64,000 nucleotides of DNA from Owenia fusiformis. Its lineage: Eukaryota. The notes below the pieces were generated by a model that ran no database searches, was not told the DNA's origin, and saw nothing but the letters and a program-made list of their open reading frames with translations. Below, one piece after another: positions 1 through 12,351 of the stretch; position 1 is the first letter of the stretch; every line of letters starts with the position of its first letter. The stretch spans positions 43,772,001-43,836,000 of the forward strand of contig CAIIXF020000001.1 of NCBI GenBank assembly GCA_903813345.2. Reading direction: 5' to 3'. The position numbers and the translations under genes were made by a program.

Positions 1-1331
1 TCTTTATTATTATTATTCTTTATTATTATTATTTATTCTTCCCCCCTCTTTTTCTCCTACTTCCAACTACCTTTCAACCATCTTTTACATGCACCTTCCA
101 GGGACATTGGCTGAACTTAGCGGGAAAGAATTTTTTATCTAGGTCAAGGTCACAGGTCAAAATCTAGGTCAAATCAAAGCTTTTTTCCAGTTTCTCAAAT
201 CCTGACACTACATTTCAATATTTTTGCCTGAATTTTTGCATACAGATAGATATTAGTATTCTATTAGTGTTAGCCTTTTGCCGTCTAAACAAATATTTAA
301 AACTCATCTACAAGTTCTCAGGATTCCAAATCTGACCTTACTTTTGACCTTTGACCTTTGGTTGACCTTCAGTGACCTCCGAAAGGTCAAAAAAGTTGAT
401 TTTTCAAATCGATTTTCTGGATTCAAATTTAGGTATATTTATTCACAAAAGACCTTCTGAGGTCTAAAAAAGTAAAATTTGCGAGGTCAAAGGTCAAGGT
501 CATCAAACGAAATCACAAACTGTGTTTTCTAAGTTTCTCAAAATTGGAGACTACAAATCAATTTTTTTTACTGAAAGTCAGAATATATATTCCTTTAAAG
601 GTTCTACACATATTAGCAATTGACAATTTATTAAAATTTTGCTCCAGTTATGAGATATTAGAACTCAAAAACTGAAAAAAGTCAAATTTCGAAATTTTTC
701 AAGGTCAAATTTCAACTTGCTCTAAATTGACCAAACTTTTTTTTAAAATGCATCTACAAGATCTCAGGAACTCAAATCTGACCTTCGTTTTGACCTATGA
801 CCTTTACTTGACCTTCAGTGACCTTCGAAAGGTCAAAAAGTTGATTTTTCAAATTGATTTTCTGGATTCAAATTAAAGTTTTTTTAATCAGAAAAGATAT
901 ATTGAGGTCTAAAACAGTAAAATTTTCAAGGTCAAAGGTCAAGGTCATCAAACGAAATCACAAACTGTGTTTTCTTAGTTTCTCAAAGTTGGAGACTACA
1001 AATCAATATTTTTAAATGAAAGTCATAATATATATTCCTCTACTAAAGGTTCTACACATATTAGCAATTGATTATCTATTAAAATTTGGCTCCAGTTTTG
1101 AGATATTATAGCTCAAAAACTGAAAAAAGGTCAAATTTCGGAATTTTTCAAGGTCAAATTTCAACTTCCATTAATTCGACCAAACCTTTTTTAGAAATCA
1201 TCTACAAGTTGTCTGGAGTTCATATATGACCTTGTATTAGAGATTTGACCTTTGGCTGGCCTTTGAATGTTCAGAAACGAATATAGGGCCTCCGTAAGAT
1301 TGCTTGCAATCTTAGATCGTTAGATCTCTAG
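1..1331 (+). mobile_element. Helentron/HINE (DINE-1-like) non-autonomous rolling-circle element with internal ~447-bp tandem repeats, 5' end probably just outside the window
   Basis: (TTA)n microsatellite at the start; unit CATCTACAAG..TGACCTT recurs at ~305, ~751 and ~1199; 3' hairpin AAGATTGC-tt-GCAATCTT followed by CTAG at 1328-1331; the same module recurs at ~41010-41830. Confidence 0.7.
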
Positions 1332-1339
1332 TTATTAAT

Positions 1340-2925
1340 TATATGGCCACCCCAGATTGAATTACAGTAATTTATATGTGAGTATATCAGGGAATTATAG
1401 ATTGCCAAAAGACTTGTTTTATTCAATAGGTGGCGAATCTTATATAAGAGACCAATTGTTCTAGATATTTTGCTTCTATATGTTCTTTCCAGGTAATATG
1501 TTCATCAACAATCACACCTAAAAAGTTGATAGATCTTACTCCTTCAATTTGTTTCCCGAACATATCAATTTCAACATCTCTAAAGATTTGTTGTTTCTGT
1601 TTATTGAACAAGATAAATTTTGTTTTAGAATAGTTTATTGACAATTTATTTGCTTTGAACCAATCATCCATAAGATCAAGTTCATCATTAACCTTTTCTA
1701 TTAGAGATTTCAAATCTTTATCTGAGGCCAACAAATTAGTGTGGTCCACAAATATTATGCTTTTAAGAACATTTGAGACTTTAAACATGTCGTTTACATG
1801 TAATATGAATAATATCCGCCCAAGGACTGAGCCCTGGGGCACACCGCGTGATATACTTTGTAAATCAGAGTCAATATTGTTATATGATACAATTTACTTT
1901 CGATCTTTTAGATATGATTTAAAAAGAGATAGCTCAGATCCTTGAATTCCATAAAAATTTAATTTATCTAGAAGGATTTTATGATTAATGGTGTCACAGG
2001 CTTTAGACAAGTCTAAATAAAAAGTATAAAAAGTACCAAGCAAATATTCATTGTTCTCCAGCACATGTCGTATGTTTTCAACAAACGTTAAGATTGCCAT
2101 AAAGGTAGAGACATTTTTCTGAAAGCCACACTGTTGTATTATAATATTTCATTTTCTGTGATAAAATTACAAAGCCGAAAGTTAATAAGATTTTCTAGAA
2201 GTTTAGAAAAAACTGGCAAGACTGAAATTGGTCTATAGTTTGAGAAATTGTCTTTATGAGCTTTTTTGAAAATTGGTGTTATTTGAGCTTTTTTGAGTTT
2301 ATCTGGGAAAACTCCCCATTGAACGGATTTACAGTATTAAATATCAAAAGTAAAGGATGTAGTTCATTTTTTGCATGTTTTACAATAATTGGTTTAACAT
2401 TATCAAGAAATGCTGCCTTATCATTCAAAGTTTGTATCAATAATGACAATTCTGTTTCATCAACTGGTGTTAAGTGAAATCTATTTTCAAAATTTCTAAT
2501 ATTACAAATATATACATTTGGTGTTCTGTTTGACTCTTAAATTCAAGAGCTTAATTTCAATCCAATTGAAGAATGAGTTGAATTTATTTATCAACTTTTT
2601 ATCATTTACTGCATACCATCAACCAGAAATTCGTTTTGAACCACTGTATGAAGTTTTTTTCTACTTAATATGTCAGAGATAATATTCCAGGTTTGTTTAA
2701 TATTTCCAGACGCAGTTTCAAATTCATTCCGATGGTAGTTTTTCTACAGCTCTCAAAATAGCTCTGAACCTTGCTTTATATATTTTATAGCTTCTTTCAT
2801 TTTTTTCACTAGGAGTCTTCATAAATTTACGATATTGATTATTTTTTTGCTTGGCTGTGATAATTCCATTTGTAATCTATGGCTTAGAAGTATCAACAAA
2901 AAGTTTCACTTTTTTTAATGTTGGG
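1340..2925 (-). mobile_element. Decayed LINE (CR1/L2-like) reverse transcriptase fragment
   Basis: Frameshifted ORFs with YLDLSKACDTINHKILLDKL, PQGSVLG..LF, degenerate YADD (FVDHT), WFKANKLSIN..KT and FLGV motifs of non-LTR RT. Confidence 0.9.
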
Positions 2926-2983
2926 AAGTTTAAAATGGTTTAAAATCATTAATTTACTGAAAATATACTTTTAACGTTTTCAG

Positions 2984-5900
2984 CCCAGAAAATTGTCCCC
3001 CAATGAAAAACTGGCGAGTGGCTGCTGGTCAACTGAAGTTAAATTCAAGGAAGAGCCAAATCAGGAATATAATTGAAGTTTTTATCCATGAAGATAATAA
3101 AGAAGCTACCAAGATACAATGGAATGAATCTCAACCTGATATTGCATTGGTAAAACTAGACCGTCCCCTCCAACTTAATCCTGATATACAGCCAGTTACG
3201 GGTATTTTACCAACCAGTCTATGCACAGGAAAAAGTAATGCAGAGTGTCAAACATATATCAAAAATTACACCCTACCTAAGTTCTGTGAGTTGGCAGGAT
3301 GGGGTGCTTTCAGAAAAGATGGTACAAGGCATATTTATTTATTATTCATTTGAATACATTTCACAATCTAAACCAATGTACAGGGTGGTAAAAAAATGGC
3401 AACCCTACATTTTCCTCGATATTTTTCATATATGTAAATCATTCAATATCAGCCTACAAAATTTCAGGACCATCAGGCTGATAGTCACAGTGTTACAGTT
3501 ACAGCACTTTAAACAACATGCTCCAAGTATGGCCATCATTGCGCTGTAGACAAACCTGCGAAAATTCTCAAAACCCTGACTGCATTCCTCAGCAGGTATG
3601 GCCTAAATAACACGGATGATCTCCCTTTTGAGGTCTGCTATCAGAGGTTTACTCGACCTGGTCGCATTTGCGACCAGATTTCAGTACTTGCAACCAACTT
3701 GTAAAATCTAGTGGTCCTCAATGCGAGTACACTATATTAGGAAGCATTATTCACAAGATTTGATAAACATTTTTACCTTATCTGATGGTGACTAAGTCCA
3801 AAGTTGTCAGCATTTTCTGACTGAAATTTTATTTTTCATTCTTTTAATTATCGCCCAACAAGAATTGTAAGGTCCAATTTGATTAGCTGACTATATTGCA
3901 TCATCTGCTGTGAACCAATCAAATCCGAGTTTACAATTTCCAGAAACCGGAAGTAGCTTACCGAAAGTGATATTTTCAAAATTTATTTCAAAATCCATTG
4001 ACATCCACCTAATTCTTCTTGATATCTCATTTTTTACTTCCCCATATTTGAAGGAAAATTAAGCTCTTGATCCCACTGGATTTTTACGCAAATATGTCCA
4101 CAGGAATTCCAAGTGATGAGTCTTAGTCGCGTCAGCATTAGTTTGAAAAAGAAGAAAGAAACCAGTCTTGTCAGATTATTGGAAGCGAGGTACATGTAAT
4201 CCCTAGTTTATTCACTCAAGAAGGAAATTCAATGAAATGTACATCATGCAAACCGGCATGTATAAAGAGGCTGCTTCAATTTGTGGCACTAATAATTTCT
4301 TGATTTTTTATTTTTTTCGTGGGACCAGTAACAAATTGAAATGAAGTGGTCCTACTTGGCGACTAACATTTCTCCAGGACCACTTCACATGAATTTTTAC
4401 TTTTACTGGTCCTAAGGACCACTACTCAATTTTAAGGACCAAAACCTCTGTCTGCTATAGTCCTGAGGTCATTTTTGTACACCTTATCTTTGGAATATAT
4501 CCCCAGAGGTAGAAGGTCATTTTAGACGACACATGCAGATTTGCTTACAGTGCAATAGTGGCCGGTGGAGCATGTTGTTTAAGATGCTGTAACATTGTAA
4601 CTGTCAGTCTGCTGGTTATGAAATGTAGTAGGATGGTAGAAAATTGAATGCTGTACAAAAGTGACAAATATCAGGGAGTAATATCTCACAATAACAAAGA
4701 TATGAGGAAAACAGGGGCAGGGTTGCCACTTTTTTGACCACCCTGTACAAAAGAAAAATGTTATACACATATTCAATATCAATCTGCATTCTGAGAAGAA
4801 ATCTGTTCATTTTGAACTTTTCAGGAATTTTGAAAGGGAAGTTAAAATGGTCAAAGGTCCTTGTAACTGCAAGTGATGAAAACTCCATAACAACCAATAT
4901 GCCATCATCTAGAATATGGAACCCATGTGAGGTAAAAACAATGTTGGAATAATAACCCAGATGGGAGTAGGTAGTTGCCAGTTTCACCACAAGGTGGCTA
5001 ATATGAGGCAGATATAGTAGAAATTTTCTTAAACTTGAATATTCATCAGTCTAGTCTAGTTCGAATATCTCAATCAATTTATCTGTTTTCAAAATCAAAT
5101 GCAACATTTGAGACAAAAACATCTGACTTGAATGACTTGAAGACTTCTACAAATGCCAGTTTGAAATACATGTATATTGTAACATTATCAATTTACAGGG
5201 GGATCAAGGGGCACCACTGATGTGCAAGCCTGAGGGCAGCAATTCTTCTGCTGTTGTTGTGGGAATTCTGAGCTTTGTCGAATATGATTGTAGCAAATTT
5301 ACAAATAGAGACACTTTCCACACACCTGTATATAAACATCTGAATTGGATCTTTAAACACATTAATAGTAAGAGATATGTCCAATTAACAACAGCTGTGG
5401 AATAACAAAGTTAGTTTCATTAAGGGGTAAATGATGCTTTCATTAGCGCATAGTGTTGATTTTTTTACTATTCAAGTGAAACACAAATATAAGCAACTTT
5501 CGTTAGATGAGGGGATGGGTCAAATCATTAACTTTATTTTTCCATGACTGTTGATAATTGGATCCCATCCCAAACAGGATTAATTGTTTATTTTGTTTAT
5601 AAATACAGCTCAATATCTGTTAGTTTTTCAATATTTCTCCAAGTTATCAGGGCTTCAAAAATGACTGTATATCCAAGAGCAATTACATATCCATTTATTC
5701 ATCCAATTTTCTGAAAATGTTTAAAAATAAATACATGAAAATCAATTTATAAAGATGAGTAACAATGCTTTTCAATTCCAACAAATATTTTATGTACATG
5801 TACATACAGTACCTACCTTTTTACTCAATCGGGGTGAACGAATCCAAAGAGAACAATACTTCTACTTGTGCGCTGTGCAAGATTTCCAATAGCTTTTCGT

Positions 5901-8900
5901 GTTTACCGAGAACGAAAGATGTTTGTCCACCATTTTGAATGATACTAACTGGTATCAGGGTCATCAAGCTATGGAACAGGGGTTTATGATGATAGATTGG
6001 GTTACTATAGCTTGCAATGTTAAAGGCGATTGAACTATGTTATAAAACAACTTCCAGTACATTATGATATTTAAAAGTATAAATTTTTGAAAATACATAT
6101 AAAGAATCTTCGCCCGCAGGACGTGTAATTTGAATGCTTGAGAAGAACGCAAATGGGTACTGGCCCGGTGTTGCAATAGTAGCATTTAAAAATCTGTTCC
6201 TCTCGAGATTTATGGTCTTCTGAAATTATACTATTAATTGGTGTTGTTGCATCATTGCTCAAATCTAGAGGAGTGTTGTTGCATCTTCGGTTTGGTGTTG
6301 TTGCATCAATAGTGAGGAACTAAAACCGTGATCTTCTTGCTTCTTGATGATGCTACATGTATACTAATGACAGTTTCTTTAAATATAGATCGTGCGCTAA
6401 CTTCACGTGTATGGTTATTGAGAAACTCGTCCTAGAAATGGGTTTAAATTGGGGAAACAACATATCGTACGAAAATCTATCACCGGAAGTCTGGCCATCT
6501 TGATGCAACAACACGGTGTTGTTGCATCACGATACTCCCCAGTGTATATCCCTAGTCCCTATTTTATCCCTACTTTATTCTCCCTTTACTTGAAAGAAGA
6601 TGAAGAGACAAAAGACTTCTCCTCTGTGATATCCATATCAAAGAACAACAGACATATCTGTGGAGGAGTTATCATCTCAGATGTTTGGATCCTCACAGCT
6701 GCAATCTGTATATGTGATGGAAATGACAACTGCTGTACAAAGCAAAAACAATTTACGTTAGTCTCCAGTTTGTGTATTTTCATTAATGTTTGTTCAATAG
6801 GATAAAAAGGAAAAGGCATTTTCTCTATATCTCTACTCAAACTTTGTTTTGTTGGATGATAAAAGTTAGATTTCAAAACTAATGAAAATGTAAAGTCATG
6901 TTGAACAATTTTAGGATATCAAACTGTCCTCTTCTGGATGAATGGAGTGTTACTACTGGCCAAATCAAATTTTCTGCTACAAAGAGACAGGTCAGAAAAA
7001 TTAGAGAAGTCACTGTCCATGAAGATTATAATGCTTCTGCATTTAATGAGAATCATTTTGAAACATCTGGTCCAAACATTGCACTACTGAGACTAGATAG
7101 TCCCCTTCAACTGAACCGACATACAAAGCCAGCTTCTTTACCAACTGGACTCTGTAAAGGAAAGACTGATGCTGGATGTCAAGCTGTTATTAAACATATA
7201 ATACCCGAGTGGTCTTGTAAGACTGCAGGATGGGGCCTTGAAGATGGTATGTATTGTAAATGTTATTATTTTATAATCTAAGTGTGACTTATTTTGGTAT
7301 GTCATTAAATAAAAGATAAACGAATCTTCAACCTCTTGATTGACCATTTTCACTGCCCCCTTCCAAGTTTATGAACATGTTTTTTGATGTCTTATATACA
7401 GAGGAAGCCTAGAGTGAGCAGTCTTTTATACACAGACAAAGCTGTCTAATATATAGAGGCTTACATATACAGGGATCTGTCTTATTTATACAGGGAACTG
7501 AACTTATATGTATGAGAAGCTATATATACAAGAGCTGTCTTATATATACAAGAAGCTATATATACAAGAGCTGTCTTATATATACAAGAAGCTGTCTTAT
7601 ATATATATAAGAAGCTGTCTTATATAAACAAGAGCTGTCTTATATATACAAGAAGAAGCTGTCTTATATATACAGGAATCTGTCTCAAATATACAGGGAC
7701 ATGTCTACAGAGAGTGTATCAGCTTAGTATAATTATTTTTAGGAATGCCAATAACGTCAGGGAAATTAAAATGGACAAATGTCTACGCAAAGGAAAGTGA
7801 TGACAAAACTATTACATCTGAATCATTTGGGAAAAGCACTACATGTAGAGTAAGGACTTTAAACTTAGGAAAGTAAAATGTAACTAACAATTTAACTTCA
7901 TGTCTCAGAAGATCCTCTTTTGGAGCATATTGCTGGGTATAGGATTTCTCAAATTTATAACGTCAATTTATGGTAAAAAGTCACAGTCGCGATTTAGGGA
8001 GTTGTTCTGTTCAATCCTTAACTTTTTTTTTTAAACTTTTTACCATTTTACCATATTTACGAAATTCTTTGAAATTTTCTCTATTTGGCCAAGGTATACA
8101 TACCTCCGAATGTTTGGTCTGATAATAACAAAAAATAAAAAAGATATAATGGGTAAAAGACATTGCACCAATTTTTTTACAGAGGGTACTGTAAAAGATA
8201 AGCTTATAATAATATAACATGGGAACATAACTTGGTCAACAACCTGGGGGGGGGGGGGGCGGTGAAACCTGGTAAAAAGCTTTTCTTAAGGAACTGATTC
8301 ATTCCAGGGTGATGCTGGCGCACCATTGATGTGCCAACCTATCAAAAATGAGCCCTATGTTGTTCTCGGCATTTCAAGTTATGTTTTCCCAAATGATGCT
8401 TGTGGTAAAACTCCGGCGAAGACTACTCATACATCTTTACCAAGACATCTGAATTGGATTCTTAAGCATGTAACTGGTACAGTACATAAAATGATTGCAG
8501 TATCAATACAGTGATATTTTATGAAAAACATTTTTTCTGTCGATTTAAGAGCTCATAATGAAATATATCCTGAAATGATGTTTAGTTTAGTTAAGTTCAA
8601 GCCTTCGATTTGAAAGTAAGAACAATCATTTGTGTCTGACAAAGCTCAATCACACAAAGGTTTTTAAGTCATGATTTTGCAATATGAAAAACAAGAATCT
8701 ATTGTATATGTATAGATCCAATCTTTCAAAATCACACCATCTATCTATCCACATTAATGCAAATACATGTGTTCCTATTATTCAGCATATGTTTGTATAT
8801 AACATAGTCAAATCTATGTTCCAGAATTGAATACCTGGGGTAAATGGAGTAAAAGTGTTGACTGTGATTGTGATAGAAAGGAGAGACGGAGGAGTGCTTT

Positions 8901-10382
8901 CCTAAGATCCAGATCTTGTGTTTTCCCAGAGAATGGAATTACTACAAGGGCTGCAGATGAACTCTATCAACGATTTCAACATGACTGCTATGATGTTCAA
9001 AAAGAATCATGCGTCTGCTGGGGTATGATTTATAGTTCATCGATAGTTCTTATATATATACAAGTATCTACAACTGTTTTCAATATCAAGAGTGCATATA
9101 TTGAAATATCTTTTTGAACTAAATGTATTATATAATGTAGTTAATGATATTTCAATACATATGAAGTTTCCCATGGACTTTGAATGGGGTACTGATTTCT
9201 AAATGGTATGTGGGTGATGTTAGTACATTTTTAGTTAGGGATATTGTGGTTTGATTTTCTTTATGATATGACTAGTTGTAGGAGTTGAGCTCTTAAGAAT
9301 GTTTTTTCTTGTATTTCATATTTGCTCTTTGGTCTTTCCCCTTTGGCTTGTATACTTCTATATTAATAACCTGACAAATCAGAATCACTTATTTTCTAGA
9401 TTTAGTTCAGAAATTTGAGATAATAAAACAAGTAAAACAGTGGTATATTCTTCAAATTCATGAATATAGGAAGTACATGTAATTTAACCATTTTATACAA
9501 GCTTGCGGTGTATTTGTTTTTTTGTGTTATGGAAAATAGCCAATAATTATACAACCAACCAATACAACATTCCCTTGTATATTATCCAGATAACATGCCA
9601 TCTAAATCATGTATGGACAACATTGGGATATGTGGTGAACATGGACAATGTAAGAATGGTGTCTGGTTCTTCCAATGTGTCTGTGATCCATATTATTCAG
9701 GAGAACTTTGTGATGTGAAAAATGGTATATATAGCTAATAAGTATAAAAAACAACAACAAATAAAGTGGAATACTTCTGTAAGTGGAACACTTCCATGAG
9801 TAGAATACATTTCCTAGTCCCCATTACCAATTTATTTACATTTTTACTTAACTTCTGTTAGTAGAACAACTCCAAATTGGACCACTTCTTTTAGACACCA
9901 GAGGTGTTTCACTTGTACATATTTTACTATAGTGAGTGTAAGATTGTATTTATTGAACAATATAATTATTTGAGAACATATACGTATATCTGGGTCCTGA
10001 TTGTAATCTATACATGAGGTGGAAGAAGGTCATGAAAAAGACAAAATCTTTGAATCATTGGTTTTTGCTGAATGGTAAATCTGACATATCTATTAATTTA
10101 GTCAATGCATGTAACTCAAGTTAATTTCCACACTAATGAGGGGAGTGTATGCAATGATAGTTTCCGGGATAGTTTCCAACAGAAGCGATATGTATTCTTA
10201 TATTTACAGACCAAATCTGCCCAATGGATTGTGGTGGGTATTTGCTGGGTAATAGAACAACAGCATGCCTGATACATGAAGGGCATCAAGCATGTGAGTG
10301 TCCCAGTCAAGAAGTGGCAGATATAGGATGCATCCCAGTTGAAGGATCACATCCTGTGTATTCTGGTGCATCTAAAAAGTAA
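2984..10382 (+). CDS. Serine protease homologue gene 1 (5'-partial): two tandem inactive trypsin-fold domains + TSP1-like + EGF + C-terminal Cys-rich module
   Basis: GT-AG exons in continuous frame: 2984-3321, 4825-4931, 5199-5367, 6597-6756, 6915-7246, 7743-7849, 8308-8476, 8825-9022, 9590-9724, 10210-10382 (TAA). Motifs PDIAL/AGWG/GDQGAP (domain A); CGGVII..W.LTAAIC/PNIAL/GDAGAP (domain B); [34 protein letters not shown]. Confidence 0.85.
3381..4745. mobile_element. Tc1/mariner-type MITE (TIR CAGGGTGGT.AAAAAA.TGGCAACCC, TA TSD) carrying a nested hAT element
   Basis: TIRs at 3381 and 4745 flanked by TA; related copies at ~11338 and ~20612, the latter retaining a minus-strand SDFYLWG transposase remnant at ~20895. 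Confidence 0.8.
3642..4450. mobile_element. hAT-like non-autonomous DNA transposon
   Basis: TIR CAGAGGTTT...AAACCTCTG with a perfect 8-bp TSD TCTGCTAT (3634-3641 and 4451-4458). Confidence 0.85.
7430..7710. repeat. Intronic minisatellite (GCTGTCTTATATATACAAGAA-like, ~19-23 bp unit)
   Basis: More than ten degenerate tandem copies are directly visible. Confidence 0.9.
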
Positions 10383-11337
10383 ACTTCCTGGGAAATGGTT
10401 CAACAAGATAGAACAGAGACATTCAACTTAAATATTTACACAGAGCCTAAAACTTTTCATTTCTTGCTATTGTAATTGTTTTTTATCTCTGTGTTAATTA
10501 TAAGTTACTTTAATACAGACACGGGAACAAGAGTTCATCCCCTTCCCACTCACTATGTATAACTTAGAAAAAAGACAGGCTCCTATCTCGGGAAATCTAA
10601 GCCTCTACTTTAATTGCTCATATCTCTGTCACTGAGTTGTGTAATGCATTATGTTTTGTCCCAATGCAAGGTTAAGACATTAATCCTATTTATGGTAACT
10701 CACCAATTCTTAAATCAGCATAATTGTGCAAATAACATTGGAAATGTGACGAAAAAACAATCAATTTTGCAATCACGACGTCCTTTTACAGTGACCTCTA
10801 TAATATCCACGACGAGTGTCTCATTATTTTAAGAATTGTATTTGGGTTGCTCGGTAAAAGCCAGCTGGACACACACCCTAGAGATTGACAGCTATTTCGT
10901 AGATAAGATATTTATATACATAATCTGAGAATTTTAGAGTAGATCATTGGACATATGGTGAGATTGAGCTGTTAGAGAAGAGATTTGGATGTTTACGAGG
11001 TCAGCCTGTATTTTTTTACATTAGCGATACAGTGACTGGGGGGGGGGGATTTAAATCTTCCTGGGCCTGTGTACTTTAATTTACTCAATTATTTAATTGT
11101 ATGTGCTGTGTAGATGACTGTCTAATATTCAATATGAATATTCTGTATGGCTATAAACAAAAACTTAACACCATCTATTTTTATGTTCTAGAAACATTAT
11201 GCAATTTTGTCAATTAAAAATGACTACAAATATCTAAATAAAATAAAACTTTGAAAACAATTTTGTCTGATTTCATTTCAATGTTAATTTATGTGTATAC
11301 CTTTTTTCAGTAACCAAAAGAAAAGTCAGACATGATA

Positions 11338-11820
11338 CAGGGTGGTTAAAAAATGGCAACCCCGTCGCTATGTATCTTTGTCATTACACAAAATAACTCC
11401 CTGATATTTGGGACATTTGTACATCATTTAATTCCCTACCAGCCTCCCAAATTTTATGACCATCAGACTGATAGTCTCAATGTTACAGCACTTAAAACAG
11501 CAAGCACCGGTGGCTAATATTGGACTGTAGGCAAACCTGCACACGTTGTCCAAAATGTCTGTACCTGTCTTGATCTGTTGGGATATAGGTAGAGTGTACA
11601 AGAATGACATCAGGACAATGTAGACCTCTAAAGGGAGATCATTGGTGTCATTCAGGGTCATTGACAACTTAAGTAGGTTTGTCAGCAATGTGATGGCCAC
11701 ACCAAGAGCATGTTGTTCAAAGTGCTGTAACAATGTGACTATCAGTCTGACGAAATATGGTAGGCTGACAGGACTATTGAATGTGTAAAACATAAGGGAG
11801 TAATTCCCTAAAATAACAAT
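11338..11820. mobile_element. Truncated copy of the CAGGGTGG Tc1/mariner MITE
   Basis: TA-CAGGGTGGTTAAAAAATGGCAACCC start and internally palindromic body homologous to 3381-4745. Confidence 0.75.
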
Positions 11821-12289
11821 GAAGGAATGAAGTATGCTAATTAAGGTGAAAAATGAGCTTAGATGTAAAAATTCATTTTCCTAGGTTAAAGGCTCTGCCA
11901 AATTACTAAATCAAACAAAGAAGATCATGGCATCTCAAAACTGATAAGACATGAAAAGATATACAGTATATGTAATTATTCAATACCTAAAGAGTAGAAA
12001 ATTCAAAATATAGCTCCACCAGCACAATGGTTAATTAAATGCAATCTACCCTCAAATAAGATAAAAAATATTCATGAAAACATTAACTAACCAAAAAATG
12101 CAATTAGAATTAATGACATCCTTATTCTATGAAACGAAGTATTGTATTTTTTTCATTCATAGTTAGCATATTAACTTATTTTGAGAAACCATGAATAAAT
12201 CAACCACAAATTCAAATAACAATGAGTTCCATCTGGGCATAAAACAATCATGATACATTACATTAATATTCATCCATTGTGAATCAAAT

Positions 12290-12296
12290 TATAAAA
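12290..12296 (+). promoter_or_regulatory. Candidate TATA box of SPH gene 2
   Basis: TATAAAA about 60 bp upstream of the signal-peptide ATG at 12352; the background is AT-rich, so this is weak evidence alone. Confidence 0.4.
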
Positions 12297-12351
12297 AAGT
12301 ATCAGTTGATGTTTTTCACAAGTCGAGCAGTTCCAAAATACCACCCTTAAG

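Noticed and set aside
11428..11793. 121-aa minus-strand ORF, and similar ORFs at 4616-4990, 36407-36739, 44930-45229 and 54254-54628
   Set aside because: They lie in or across MITE/HINE repeats or antisense to real exons, with no recognisable domains.
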